A program made the translations under genes and the position numbers. A model generated the notes under the pieces. It saw only the letters and a program-made list of their open reading frames with translations. It was not told the DNA's origin and made no database searches. From positions 1 to 64,000 of the IMG/VR virus record IMGVR_UViG_3300032007_000055: a DNA stretch of 64,000 nucleotides; one strand, 5' to 3'. Source of the stretch: a virus (lineage: Duplodnaviria; Caudoviricetes). How positions within the stretch are numbered: position 1 is the stretch's first letter; each line of letters begins with the position of its first letter. Positions 27,022-36,373 of the stretch are shown here, piece by piece.

Positions 27022-29097
27022 TTAACGTTGCATGTAAGCAGCACCGGTTTCTAACTGACGTCTCTGGATTTCCTCAACGTCGATATTTGGTGAGAACAAT
27101 GTGATCATGTTACCAACATTAATCAAATCGCTTACTGTTTCAGTAATGATGTTCAACAAGCACTTGTCAGTGTTTCTAGGAACGATCAAAGTTGTACACT
27201 TTTCTGAATCCAAGCAATTAAACGGTTCCATCTGATTACTCATGATGTTGTAAATTACCGGAGATTCGGAAGTAATACACTCTTCCCATTTCTTGAAAGC
27301 CTTTGTAGAATCACGATACATATTGTACAACGCATAGCGATATGCATTACCAAATGCAAATTCAATAGCTTCAAGAATCACTTCAACAATGTGCTTAAGG
27401 TTATCAAAGTTTTCAGCGGCTGTAATGTTGATTTTGATCTTGTAAATATCATCAAGAACACGGTCTGTCAAATCATAGAAATTATTGTAAATATAGTGAC
27501 AGATAGCCATATTACCACCGATAGATACACCGCCACTCTTAATGGCAGCAGCTACAGCGGCAGCAGCATCTTCTACTACAAGACGTCTTGAAAGTTTTGT
27601 CTTTTCTGAACGTCCGCCACAATAATAGAATGTTGTACGAGCCTGAAGATTATCGATTCTTCCAAACAAGTCATCTGCGGTATAATCTGTTCTGTGATGC
27701 TTAATTCTCTTAAGCTTTTCAGCCTGAGATTTCAAATCTTTGATCAATGCATCAAATTCTTCTGTATCAGGTTTACAACCAATGAAGTTTGTTTCTGCCT
27801 TTCCAGAAGATATGTGATCACAAGTACCAAGCATGTTTTCAAGCTGTTGTTTTCTAACATTCTTGTCAGGAGACAATTCTGTCATCTTTGTGAGTTCTGT
27901 GCTGAAGGGATGTGACTTAGTCATAAGACGGAGATCACTAAACCTGAACTGCTCTTCGATTTCCTTATTCTTAAGAATAATTGCACAAATGTTTAACTTG
28001 TGAGGTTTAGCAGCAGGATTTGCTTTAGGATCAGCAATGTCTTCACCAAGTTCATTATAACGAGTACCTTCAATACATTCACGAAGATATTGAGCAATGT
28101 TGTAATTGTATGAACTAGCAACAAGGAGCAATGGTTGTTTAAAATCAAATGCTACAGATTCAACAATTTGCTTCAAAGCAGGAAGATCTGTTTCAAGAAG
28201 CATACCATCAAACATAGCAACCAAAGGTTTATCTGCTTCCCATGTGAAATGATCAGCAGAATTATTCATTCGAGATTCATCCAACGGACCAACAGGAACG
28301 ATAAACGCGTTTGTACCTTCAGAATATTCTTCTTCAGTCTTTGACATTGTAACAATTACGTTTCCTCGTCCATCCAACTTATCACGATACAATTCGGCAA
28401 TCTTTTGACCTGTAACATAGTCATTATTTGCAGAAATAGTCGCTACCTTTGTGAGCCATTTAATAATATCGTCTTCGTCTTCTTTTGAATACGTTCCGTC
28501 AGCATTCGGTTCAGGGAATTTCTTCTGGTAAGCTTTATTGTCGGTAATTCCTTCAATAATATTCTTTACACAAATGTTTGTGATATTCTTGATACCTACC
28601 GGAGAGAATGTCCATTTGCCTTGTTTTGTGTCATTGAAAATTTCGATATACTTCTTAAGAAGAGCATGTTGAATCGGAATTCCAGATGATGTAGAATCGC
28701 CAACTTCAGACTGCATATACTCAGAAGCTTCACGAATAATCTTAAAAATTCCATTAGGAATCGGTTGTGTGAATTTCATGTTCTGGAGAATAGTGAAACC
28801 ATCACGAGTATAATAAACAGGAACATTGCGATCGGGTTGTGTCTGGATCAATGTACCATCAGCATAAGGTCCAATTGTATGACCAATAGCTGTTTCTGCA
28901 GCAGCAGAAATGTTTAGAATCTCGTCGACCACAGCATCATTCTTCAAAATATTCGGTTTAGAAGTTTTGTATTCATTCTTACCGAAACCAATGTCGGAAA
29001 TAGCCATATCAGAGAAATCGCCAGTGAACTTAGAAACCACGTTAACATTTTCGGGATTCTTTTTCATATTCTCGAATTCTTCTTCTATTTTTTCCAT
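27022..29097 (-). CDS. groEL: Phage-encoded group I-like chaperonin
   Basis: TIGPY (TLGPK), TRDGFTI (TKDGVTV), VGDSTSS (AGDGTTT), SANND, VEDAAAAVAAAIKSGGVSIGG (VEDALxATRAAVEEGxVxGGG). Confidence 0.9.
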   Translation of the reverse strand: MEKIEEEFENMKKNPENVNVVSKFTGDFSDMAISDIGFGKNEYKTSKPNILKNDAVVDEILNISAAAETAIGHTIGPYADGTLIQTQPDRNVPVYYTRDGFTILQNMKFTQPIPNGIFKIIREASEYMQSEVGDSTSSGIPIQHALLKKYIEIFNDTKQGKWTFSPVGIKNITNICVKNIIEGITDNKAYQKKFPEPNADGTYSKEDEDDIIKWLTKVATISANNDYVTGQKIAELYRDKLDGRGNVIVTMSKTEEEYSEGTNAFIVPVGPLDESRMNNSADHFTWEADKPLVAMFDGMLLETDLPALKQIVESVAFDFKQPLLLVASSYNYNIAQYLRECIEGTRYNELGEDIADPKANPAAKPHKLNICAIILKNKEIEEQFRFSDLRLMTKSHPFSTELTKMTELSPDKNVRKQQLENMLGTCDHISSGKAETNFIGCKPDTEEFDALIKDLKSQAEKLKRIKHHRTDYTADDLFGRIDNLQARTTFYYCGGRSEKTKLSRRLVVEDAAAAVAAAIKSGGVSIGGNMAICHYIYNNFYDLTDRVLDDIYKIKINITAAENFDNLKHIVEVILEAIEFAFGNAYRYALYNMYRDSTKAFKKWEECITSESPVIYNIMSNQMEPFNCLDSEKCTTLIVPRNTDKCLLNIITETVSDLINVGNMITLFSPNIDVEEIQRRQLETGAAYMQR

Positions 29098-29459
29098 TCT
29101 CTTTCCTCCAAAACACCCTTAGTGTTTTTAGTAATAGTGATTGATTTTAGTTTGCCTTTTGAAATATCATAATCGATGTTATTCGTATCACAATATTCCT
29201 TAATGTGTTCCATTTCATCGCGTTTGATGCTGGAATTCAATTCAACGTCAATTTGTTTTGTTTTCTTGTCTTGTACAATTTGATCTATTTTAAAATCATT
29301 AGTCATCTTTCCACAACTTTCTTCAAAATTGTGTAAAGCGATGTAATGATTTGTAAAGTTAACATCATATGGGCTTTCTTGCTTTCCGTTGGGATTGATG
29401 ATAGCATCGGCAATACTTACGATGAAATCAATAAGCGAAAGACCACTTCCTTTCTTCAT
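29085..29459 (-). CDS. Hypothetical protein
   Basis: 124 aa, overlaps chaperonin start; no GroES resemblance. Confidence 0.7.
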   Translation of the reverse strand: MKKGSGLSLIDFIVSIADAIINPNGKQESPYDVNFTNHYIALHNFEESCGKMTNDFKIDQIVQDKKTKQIDVELNSSIKRDEMEHIKEYCDTNNIDYDISKGKLKSITITKNTKGVLEEREWKK

Positions 29460-29510
29460 ATTAAGTATCTACCCTCAATATATTTTTAAATTGAAATAGT
29501 ATTACACCAA

Positions 29511-29960
29511 TTATTGTTTACCGTATTTTCTATTCATTTCTTTTAAGAATCGATCATCTAGCTTTGTTGTTTCGTTTTTGGTATATGCATTTATTGTACC
29601 GTTCTGTTTAAAAGCAGCATATGAACGATCTATGTTTTCAAATTCGTTATTTACTATGTTTTCAAATGTCGGTATATCCAACGTTAATAATTGTTCGAAT
29701 GTAATACGTCCCTCAAGCAATTTTGACGCGTTCAAAATATTTTGCATAATGCGATCTGCTTGTCGATCCATTACTTCGCGTTGTACCTTTTGTTTAACGG
29801 TATTCTTAGCAACCGAAAATAAGTTGTTAGTTACTTTCGGTTCTTCTTCCGGTTCGTCTTCAGCAATAGAATTTTTTATTTTGTTTCGATCGTCGTCTGT
29901 TTTCTTATTTAGCGCAGCAGTTTCACGTTCTTTTATACGAATTCTTGCCGCGCGATCGTA
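29511..29960 (-). CDS. -1 frameshift extension (T part) of tail assembly chaperone G/GT-like pair
   Basis: Frame open for 63 codons upstream of ATG 29771, from the T8 slippery run; no ATG in that frame further upstream before a TGA. Confidence 0.7.
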   Translation of the reverse strand, partial: YDRAARIRIKERETAALNKKTDDDRNKIKNSIAEDEPEEEPKVTNNLFSVAKNTVKQKVQREVMDRQADRIMQNILNASKLLEGRITFEQLLTLDIPTFENIVNNEFENIDRSYAAFKQNGTINAYTKNETTKLDDRFLKEMNRKYGKQ

Positions 29961-31972
29961 AAAAAAAGCGGCTCCGGTTCTACCGGAATATTTCCTATTT
30001 CTGATTCACATGTAGGTTCGGCACATATGCCACCATTGATTGCGTGTCGAATACCAGTTACTCGGATAAGTTTATTCAAGTTCTCATCGTTCAAGAATGT
30101 TCTATAGTCTTCAGGTGAAAGGTTGTAAATGCTATTGATAATAGCAGGTTTTTCTGTAAATTCAACAAAAGAAACCTGAGCTTTGTTGTTTTCTTTATCT
30201 TCACCAATAACTCTAGCAACAATCAATGATTTGATGTAAAGATATGAACGAAGTTCGATAAGTTCCTTAGTCAAACCAAATGAAGAATCGATGTAAACTG
30301 TTTCACCAGATTCAGGATCAGTGTATGAAAGATCTCTATCCTTGAAAGTAACAATCATTTCTTTCATAGTGTTGAGAGCATCAAGTACTGTCGGAATCTT
30401 AAGATCGTAAATGAATGAAGAATTCGGCAAAGTTCTCTTTGTACGGTATGTTGATTTTGCAAGATCAACAATCTTTTCTTTCTGGAATTCTTGATATACT
30501 TTGCTTGATTCACTTGCATCCAAACTAGATCCATGTTCGATGTAATGATTTAATTGATTAATGTTAATGTTATTATTCAACAAGAAGCACAAATCTTTAG
30601 AATTTACTTCGCGCTTGTTAAGAGTTCCACACTTAGGACAAGGAATTTCAAAAGCATAATTCTTGTGGAAACTAGCAACATAAGCAGCAAAGAATAATTG
30701 TTGGAAATCAGGGAATGAAATGATCTTACCGAACAAATCTTCATAAGACGGTTTCATTTCATAACCAGATACACGGATTATATGCTTATAGAACATTTCA
30801 AGTTCTTTTTCTCGTTTCTGAATAAACAACAAATTCTTTTCGTATGTATAATCCTGAGCATTAGGATCGAGATCAGCAAGTTTATCTTCAATAGCACAAA
30901 TGTCACGAACATCTGGCCATGAGAAAGCGCTCATTGTAATAACTGTTCCAGAGATAATAAAAGGTACAACTGCCATAGTAGGCTGTAATGTCGGGAGAAC
31001 AGTCTTTAAATAAATATCTTGTCGTTCTTGTTTTGTTTTTAAATCGATATTCGCAGCTTCGATATTCGTAGTATCTTCAACATTCATATTGCGAAGAACT
31101 TTTGCTGTCTTAGCGCTACGAATCTTAAAAGCATTGATGTTTCCATCGCCACCATAATACTGATAATCTTTCTTCTTAGGTTCTGCAGTAGTTCCATCTT
31201 GTTCAGAAGTAGTTTCAGTTTCTTTTGTTTCTGTTTCAGAAGTTTGAATTTCTGATTCTTTAACAATAGAAACTTCCATCTTTTCAGATGACTTATCTTC
31301 TTCAGTAGGTTTCTTAGCAGATTCATCTTCGTAAGCATTATCGATAGTTTCGTTTATTTCTTTGATATCTAGATTCTGGAATTCTTCTTCAGAATCATCT
31401 GCAACATCGGCTTCGGCATTTTTCATGATAATGTCTTTATTGCTTTGATAAAGTTTTTTATCCAAATCATCAGCAATTTCAACATTTTCTTTTACCGTTA
31501 TCGGTTTGACAGTATTTTTCTTTTCGAGTTCTGTAGCTTCTTTAGGTGTCAAAATTTCAACACCTTTAGATTCTGCAGGTTTCTCTTCAACTTTCGGTTC
31601 TTCCGATTTTGTTTCAACTTCGACCGAAGGCGCAGGTTGTTTTTCAGTTTCATTTATAGATTCTGGTTCTCCAGAATCCTTTGTTTCGATAACTTGCTCT
31701 TGCTTTTCGCTAGCTATGATAGAGTTTTCAAACGAATCATCAATAGGTTTAGCTTCATCCACAGCAGGTTCATTTTCAACAACCTCTTCTTTTGGAGTAG
31801 GTTTATTTTCATAATATTCCTTTTCCTTAAGATTTGTCATAAGCTTATCTCTTTCAATTTCTTCAAGAGATTTCTTTTTTGGTTGCGAACTTGTATTGTC
31901 TGCTGAAGATGTTAATTCTGTAAGAAAATTGTCATTAGCTGTTTCGTTTTCAGGTTTATTTAAATTTTCCAT
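29933..31972 (-). CDS. Tail assembly chaperone / baseplate hub assembly-like protein (G part)
   Basis: 679 aa; acidic low-complexity N-terminal half; CPKCG and C..PTC Cys pairs; slippery T TTT TTT 9 codons before the stop. Confidence 0.6.
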   Translation of the reverse strand: MENLNKPENETANDNFLTELTSSADNTSSQPKKKSLEEIERDKLMTNLKEKEYYENKPTPKEEVVENEPAVDEAKPIDDSFENSIIASEKQEQVIETKDSGEPESINETEKQPAPSVEVETKSEEPKVEEKPAESKGVEILTPKEATELEKKNTVKPITVKENVEIADDLDKKLYQSNKDIIMKNAEADVADDSEEEFQNLDIKEINETIDNAYEDESAKKPTEEDKSSEKMEVSIVKESEIQTSETETKETETTSEQDGTTAEPKKKDYQYYGGDGNINAFKIRSAKTAKVLRNMNVEDTTNIEAANIDLKTKQERQDIYLKTVLPTLQPTMAVVPFIISGTVITMSAFSWPDVRDICAIEDKLADLDPNAQDYTYEKNLLFIQKREKELEMFYKHIIRVSGYEMKPSYEDLFGKIISFPDFQQLFFAAYVASFHKNYAFEIPCPKCGTLNKREVNSKDLCFLLNNNININQLNHYIEHGSSLDASESSKVYQEFQKEKIVDLAKSTYRTKRTLPNSSFIYDLKIPTVLDALNTMKEMIVTFKDRDLSYTDPESGETVYIDSSFGLTKELIELRSYLYIKSLIVARVIGEDKENNKAQVSFVEFTEKPAIINSIYNLSPEDYRTFLNDENLNKLIRVTGIRHAINGGICAEPTCESEIGNIPVEPEPLFFTIARQEFV
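29960..29967 (-). other. Programmed -1 ribosomal frameshift slippery site
   Basis: CTT TTT TTT ACG in frame 0; T TTT TTT heptamer, -1 frame continues TAC GAT CGC. Confidence 0.7.
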
Positions 31973-32046
31973 TTTAAACTAAATCTCCTTAAATAAAAAA
32001 AAATACCAAATGATATTTCACATTTGGTATTTGGATGTATTTTCAA

Positions 32047-32781
32047 TTAGAACGGATCATAAGATTCAGAATTGTATGAATCTCCAGATCCTCCCGAATT
32101 GTTTTGAGAATAAGAAGCAGAATCACCGCCTCTATTTCTATTTCCGCTAAAGCAAGCAGAAATGTATTTTGTAATGCTGTTAACTGCAGCATCCTGGATG
32201 CGATACATAATCGGAACCATCGGATTCTGCAATTCTTTAAGAATGTTAATGAAGTCGAATGCCTGGATGTCAGCATAATCGATTTTGTTAAGCTTGCACT
32301 TAGCTTCAATCTGTCCACTAGGAACACGACTGTTGAAAACAACTTCGATTGTATCATTCTTCTCATAGTCTGTGTAAGAAACACGAACACGAGGAATTCC
32401 ATCAAACATTTCTGTGTCAATTGTCAATAGACCGGTAGATACTTCCTTTCCACCATCACGCATAGAAGTTGTAGGAACTTTGATAACTTCATCGACATCA
32501 TAGTTCTTTCCTTCAGCGAATGCATCACGGCGACGAGCCATCATACCTTCAAGAAGTCTTGACAAGTCAAAAGCTTTGGCATCTGGCAAGTAACAGTTCA
32601 AATCAAGAACATTTTCACTTGTGATTCCACGCTTAAAGTGCAATGTCAAAAGACCATTGTAATAAGAAACGTACATCATAGCGTATGCTTTGTCATCGCC
32701 AGGTTTCTTATAACTAAAATATGTCTTAGACATCTGAACGCTTAAATGATAAGCGTTATACTTCTTCTTTTCTTCAGCCAT
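32047..32781 (-). CDS. Putative single-stranded DNA-binding protein
   Basis: Beta-rich aromatic body plus Gly/Ser/Asp flexible tail ending ESYDPF, like SSB C-tails (DDDIPF). Confidence 0.5.
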   Translation of the reverse strand: MAEEKKKYNAYHLSVQMSKTYFSYKKPGDDKAYAMMYVSYYNGLLTLHFKRGITSENVLDLNCYLPDAKAFDLSRLLEGMMARRRDAFAEGKNYDVDEVIKVPTTSMRDGGKEVSTGLLTIDTEMFDGIPRVRVSYTDYEKNDTIEVVFNSRVPSGQIEAKCKLNKIDYADIQAFDFINILKELQNPMVPIMYRIQDAAVNSITKYISACFSGNRNRGGDSASYSQNNSGGSGDSYNSESYDPF

Positions 32782-32798
32782 TTATTTGCTCCTTTTAT

Positions 32799-33428
32799 TT
32801 ATTTATCGGAAACCCATCCACAGTGCATCGAAGAGAAATCTTTTCCGCACAAACATAATGAATCTTTACGTAAATTCGCATGCAATCTGTCAACAAGAAC
32901 CAACTTGAGTTTTTCTGTCACTGCGTATTCATCGACCAACGCATTGAAATGTCCATTGGGCATATCTTTGAACCGTTCGAAATCACAAGCAATATCAAGA
33001 ATTTCTTTCTGACGTTCCATGTAAGCGTTAATTTTGTTTCTGAGCTTTTCAAGCTCTTCCGGAGTCAACCATTTCTTGTTGGAGTTTATTTCACTGATAG
33101 GTTCATCAGCTTCTTCAGTAAGTTCATCACCGTTTTCATCACGATTTCTTAACCAAGCTAAATCGTTTCTACCAATTCTAAATATATGATTCTTCTTTTC
33201 AGTTGTGAGGTTTTTGAATTCTTTCACAAAATCAGGATATTTTGCAACGAATTGTTCTTGAGCCTTTCTTTTGCATTCACTATAGCGATTTTCTTCACGC
33301 CAAGTGTTCATTGCATTTTCATATTCTTCAAGACGTTGTTTGATGATTTGTTCATCTGTCAAGATAGGTTTAGGTGTTTTCGTTTCTTCGCGTTCGCGAG
33401 GACACGCTTCTTCCATTACATCTTCCAT
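32799..33428 (-). CDS. Hypothetical charged helical protein; start refined to MEDVM
   Basis: AAGGAG SD before 33428. Confidence 0.7.
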   Translation of the reverse strand: MEDVMEEACPREREETKTPKPILTDEQIIKQRLEEYENAMNTWREENRYSECKRKAQEQFVAKYPDFVKEFKNLTTEKKNHIFRIGRNDLAWLRNRDENGDELTEEADEPISEINSNKKWLTPEELEKLRNKINAYMERQKEILDIACDFERFKDMPNGHFNALVDEYAVTEKLKLVLVDRLHANLRKDSLCLCGKDFSSMHCGWVSDK

Positions 33429-33441
33429 GTTTATTGCTCCT

Positions 33442-33600
33442 TTATTTGTTTTCGTGACATTCGCACGATTCACAATTTCCAGTACAAGTGTTGCCTTCGG
33501 CAGACTGTACTTTACGAGGTTCGTTCAATTTTCCATCCATGCTATCACGGATAGATTCATTCGAACGAGCGATCGTTTCATACTCTTTCGGATCTGTCAT
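33442..33600 (-). CDS. 52-aa protein with C-terminal Cys cluster (not in ORF track)
   Basis: MTDPKEYETIARSNESIRDSMDGKLNEPRKVQSAEGNTCTGNCESCECHENK; AGGAGG SD. Confidence 0.75.
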   Translation of the reverse strand: MTDPKEYETIARSNESIRDSMDGKLNEPRKVQSAEGNTCTGNCESCECHENK

Positions 33601-33642
33601 ATAGAACCCTCCTATTTTTATATATCTATATAGTAGATTTTA

Positions 33643-34032
33643 TCATTTTTTACTAAGTAAGCGTTTGTGTTCTTCTTCATAATCTATTGGTGTTAATTTA
33701 TATTGAAATTCTTTTGATAATTTAAAAACCAATTTCTTGATCATATCATAATATTGCATTTCAAAGTATTCCATCTTGTCAATGCTTTTTATTCTTGATG
33801 AAAGATAATATTTTAAAATTAGCTCCAATCGTTTAGGATTGGAGCATTTATAAACGTCTTTTATGTATTTGAGAAATCCAACAGTATCACTATTATTGTA
33901 TTCTCGCATACGTCTCCAGACGTTGTTACTGATACCAAATTTTAATGTGTCTTCTCCTCTGAAGTTGACACAAATCATATAAAAGTATTTTAATTGTTTT
34001 GATTGCTTCGGTATTTTTCTTTTGCGTCCCAT
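33643..34032 (-). CDS. GIY-YIG superfamily (T5orf172-like) nuclease
   Basis: YFYMI..LKFGISNNVWRRMREYN..LE..MEYF pattern. Confidence 0.7.
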   Translation of the reverse strand: MGRKRKIPKQSKQLKYFYMICVNFRGEDTLKFGISNNVWRRMREYNNSDTVGFLKYIKDVYKCSNPKRLELILKYYLSSRIKSIDKMEYFEMQYYDMIKKLVFKLSKEFQYKLTPIDYEEEHKRLLSKK

Positions 34033-34035
34033 ATA

Positions 34036-35343
34036 TTATTTATTTTCTATACATTTTCGATTTTGATTGCTACCAATCATTTCTGTGAGTTTCATCTTAC
34101 TGTCTTCAGCCGACATAATCAAAGACTGTGCTGCACTATCAAGTACTTGAATTGCACTCGATATATCACTAACCATTTGCAATCCAGTTACATTGCTTTC
34201 AATCATGTCTAACATATCAGACTTAGCAAACTCGCTATTTGATTCGATTTCGTTTATGATTTCTTCAGAATCCAAAGCAAATTCACCATATAGTTTATAC
34301 AACGGTTTGACAATTCGAATTTGTTTATTGCCAGCATCAAAGAACGTAATATCTACAATAACTTTCCTCGGATTCAAATACAGAACCATGTAGAAATCTT
34401 CATCTAACGTTTTATGTAAATTCGTAAATGTTTTCACAATATCATTATAAAGAATGTCTACAAAATGATCTTTTGCAAGATTATGGAACGGATAGAATGT
34501 GTTTAATTTTGTAATTCCTAATGGTTTATCAAGTCGTGTATCAAATATAATTTCTGCAGATTCAAATTGTACAAATACCCATTTGTTAAAGAATGATGTA
34601 ATAAATTCATTTACAGAAATCAATCTTTTATCAACACAATATGTTTCTTGTAATTGTCCATTGACTAATGTTGAAACGTCACTGTCAAATACCGAATATT
34701 CTACAGTCGTGTGCGAATCATATAATGTACCAACTGAACATTCTCTCGTTTCATTTTCATATTTAAATGCTTTCGCATCAAAATGATTGTAATATCTTGG
34801 ATTGTAATCGTTCGAATAAACGATTTCTTTAAACACAGGATCACTATGTTTATTATCAGAAAAGTTTATCAAACCATACGTGCTTGACGATGAAAGATTT
34901 ATGTCAACCATTGTTAAACCAAAATCATATAATTTATCCAATTCTGGTTTATTTATATCTTCTTCAACTATACAATGATTATTTGAGAACGCATATGTAG
35001 GAATAATCTTTGCCGACTCAATAAATGGTTTAATATTCTTTTTAATGACTTCAACCGAACAATGTTTAGGAAATTCCACATCGCAGAGGTATGTCGTTTT
35101 ATCATAGACAAATTTACTTGTTTTTCGATTATTGTCAAATGTTTCAATAACCGATTTGTTTGTTATTAAACAACAAATCTTCGTTATGATATTGTTACCA
35201 TCGATATTATAAACATTCTTATTTTCTTTCAAGAAGAAATGTATATTTCGTTCATATTTCTTAAATCCTAGTTCTTTCATCTTTTCTTCATCTGTTGGGC
35301 GATTGTTAAATGCTAAAATGTTGATATTGTTGGTAATGTTCAT
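34036..35343 (-). CDS. Hypothetical protein
   Basis: 435 aa, AGGAG SD. Confidence 0.8.
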   Translation of the reverse strand: MNITNNINILAFNNRPTDEEKMKELGFKKYERNIHFFLKENKNVYNIDGNNIITKICCLITNKSVIETFDNNRKTSKFVYDKTTYLCDVEFPKHCSVEVIKKNIKPFIESAKIIPTYAFSNNHCIVEEDINKPELDKLYDFGLTMVDINLSSSSTYGLINFSDNKHSDPVFKEIVYSNDYNPRYYNHFDAKAFKYENETRECSVGTLYDSHTTVEYSVFDSDVSTLVNGQLQETYCVDKRLISVNEFITSFFNKWVFVQFESAEIIFDTRLDKPLGITKLNTFYPFHNLAKDHFVDILYNDIVKTFTNLHKTLDEDFYMVLYLNPRKVIVDITFFDAGNKQIRIVKPLYKLYGEFALDSEEIINEIESNSEFAKSDMLDMIESNVTGLQMVSDISSAIQVLDSAAQSLIMSAEDSKMKLTEMIGSNQNRKCIENK

Positions 35344-35453
35344 AATATAAAATATTTTCTCCTATTTTAGTATATTCATTATATATAACTTAAAGAAAAA
35401 TTAAAAGTTAATGTAGTACGGATTTTCACCCGTACTACATATGGAATTGATTT

Positions 35454-36347
35454 CTATTTGTTAAATCTTGTCTTATAGCGAATGAAGTTGGGAATCAAAT
35501 ACAAATAACATGTTTTGAAATAATGATTGTAATTCCAAATGTTATTGTTTTTGATCTTATTCATGTTGCGATTATCTTTAACATCATCCAATGGTGTAGT
35601 CCAGTTCTTATTAAGAACTGTGCTTTCATCTTCTTCCCAGCAAATGCGATAAATACAAGAAGTCTTTGCGATATTGCTTTCTTTAATCTTCTCGTCATAA
35701 ACAGGATAATAAATGCTGTTGTCAATTGCTTTTATTGATACGTCGGTTTCCACATTGTAGAAATCAACCAATGGGTATTTGTAAGTTTTCTTCTTGTTGT
35801 CAGTATCATAGAAATGTGTACGGAGTTCGATGTAGTTGATCTTTTGTTTGTCGAATATCGCACGCTTGCATGTTTCTTTGAAAGCAGTTTCAAGATGAAT
35901 AAACAAGAAGTATTGCTTTCTGAGTTTGTCTCTGTAAACTGTTAACAACTCATGATTGTCAACAATGTTATCACTCTTAGTTTTTGTATTTTTTCTGTTT
36001 ACAAACGTTTTAATAATCTTTTTATGTAGTTTCGAAAGCTTAGGATTCATAGACTCCCATGGCTCGAAAACTTTCAAATACATGTTGTTTTTGGTTATAA
36101 TCTTCTGGATCAGTTCAAGATGTCGTTTCTTCAAACCTCCGAACAATCCAAACTCAATAGGTACACGCAAAACAAGATTCTTAAAATCACTGATGACATA
36201 TCGAGTCAAGTTGAACTTTGACAAAAGATTACGCTCTTTTCTCTTACCGTTGTTATTCGGTCGTCGGTTATTGCTCTTATTACGATCCGACTTATAGTTC
36301 CTTGACTGTTCATGGTGATGATGTTTTGTGGTTTTTCTACTTGGCAT
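35454..36347 (-). CDS. Hypothetical basic protein downstream of DNA polymerase
   Basis: 297 aa, Arg/Lys/His-rich N-terminus, AGGAGG SD. Confidence 0.75.
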   Translation of the reverse strand: MPSRKTTKHHHHEQSRNYKSDRNKSNNRRPNNNGKRKERNLLSKFNLTRYVISDFKNLVLRVPIEFGLFGGLKKRHLELIQKIITKNNMYLKVFEPWESMNPKLSKLHKKIIKTFVNRKNTKTKSDNIVDNHELLTVYRDKLRKQYFLFIHLETAFKETCKRAIFDKQKINYIELRTHFYDTDNKKKTYKYPLVDFYNVETDVSIKAIDNSIYYPVYDEKIKESNIAKTSCIYRICWEEDESTVLNKNWTTPLDDVKDNRNMNKIKNNNIWNYNHYFKTCYLYLIPNFIRYKTRFNK

Positions 36348-36373
36348 TTTGATTTACCCTCCTTTAATACCAT

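Noticed and set aside
29085-29459. GroES co-chaperonin
   Set aside because: No PLxDRV motif or mobile-loop GGI signature.
33643-34032. GIY-YIG gene as part of a mobile intron
   Set aside because: It lies between intact genes with no intron-like structure in the flanks; treated as free-standing.
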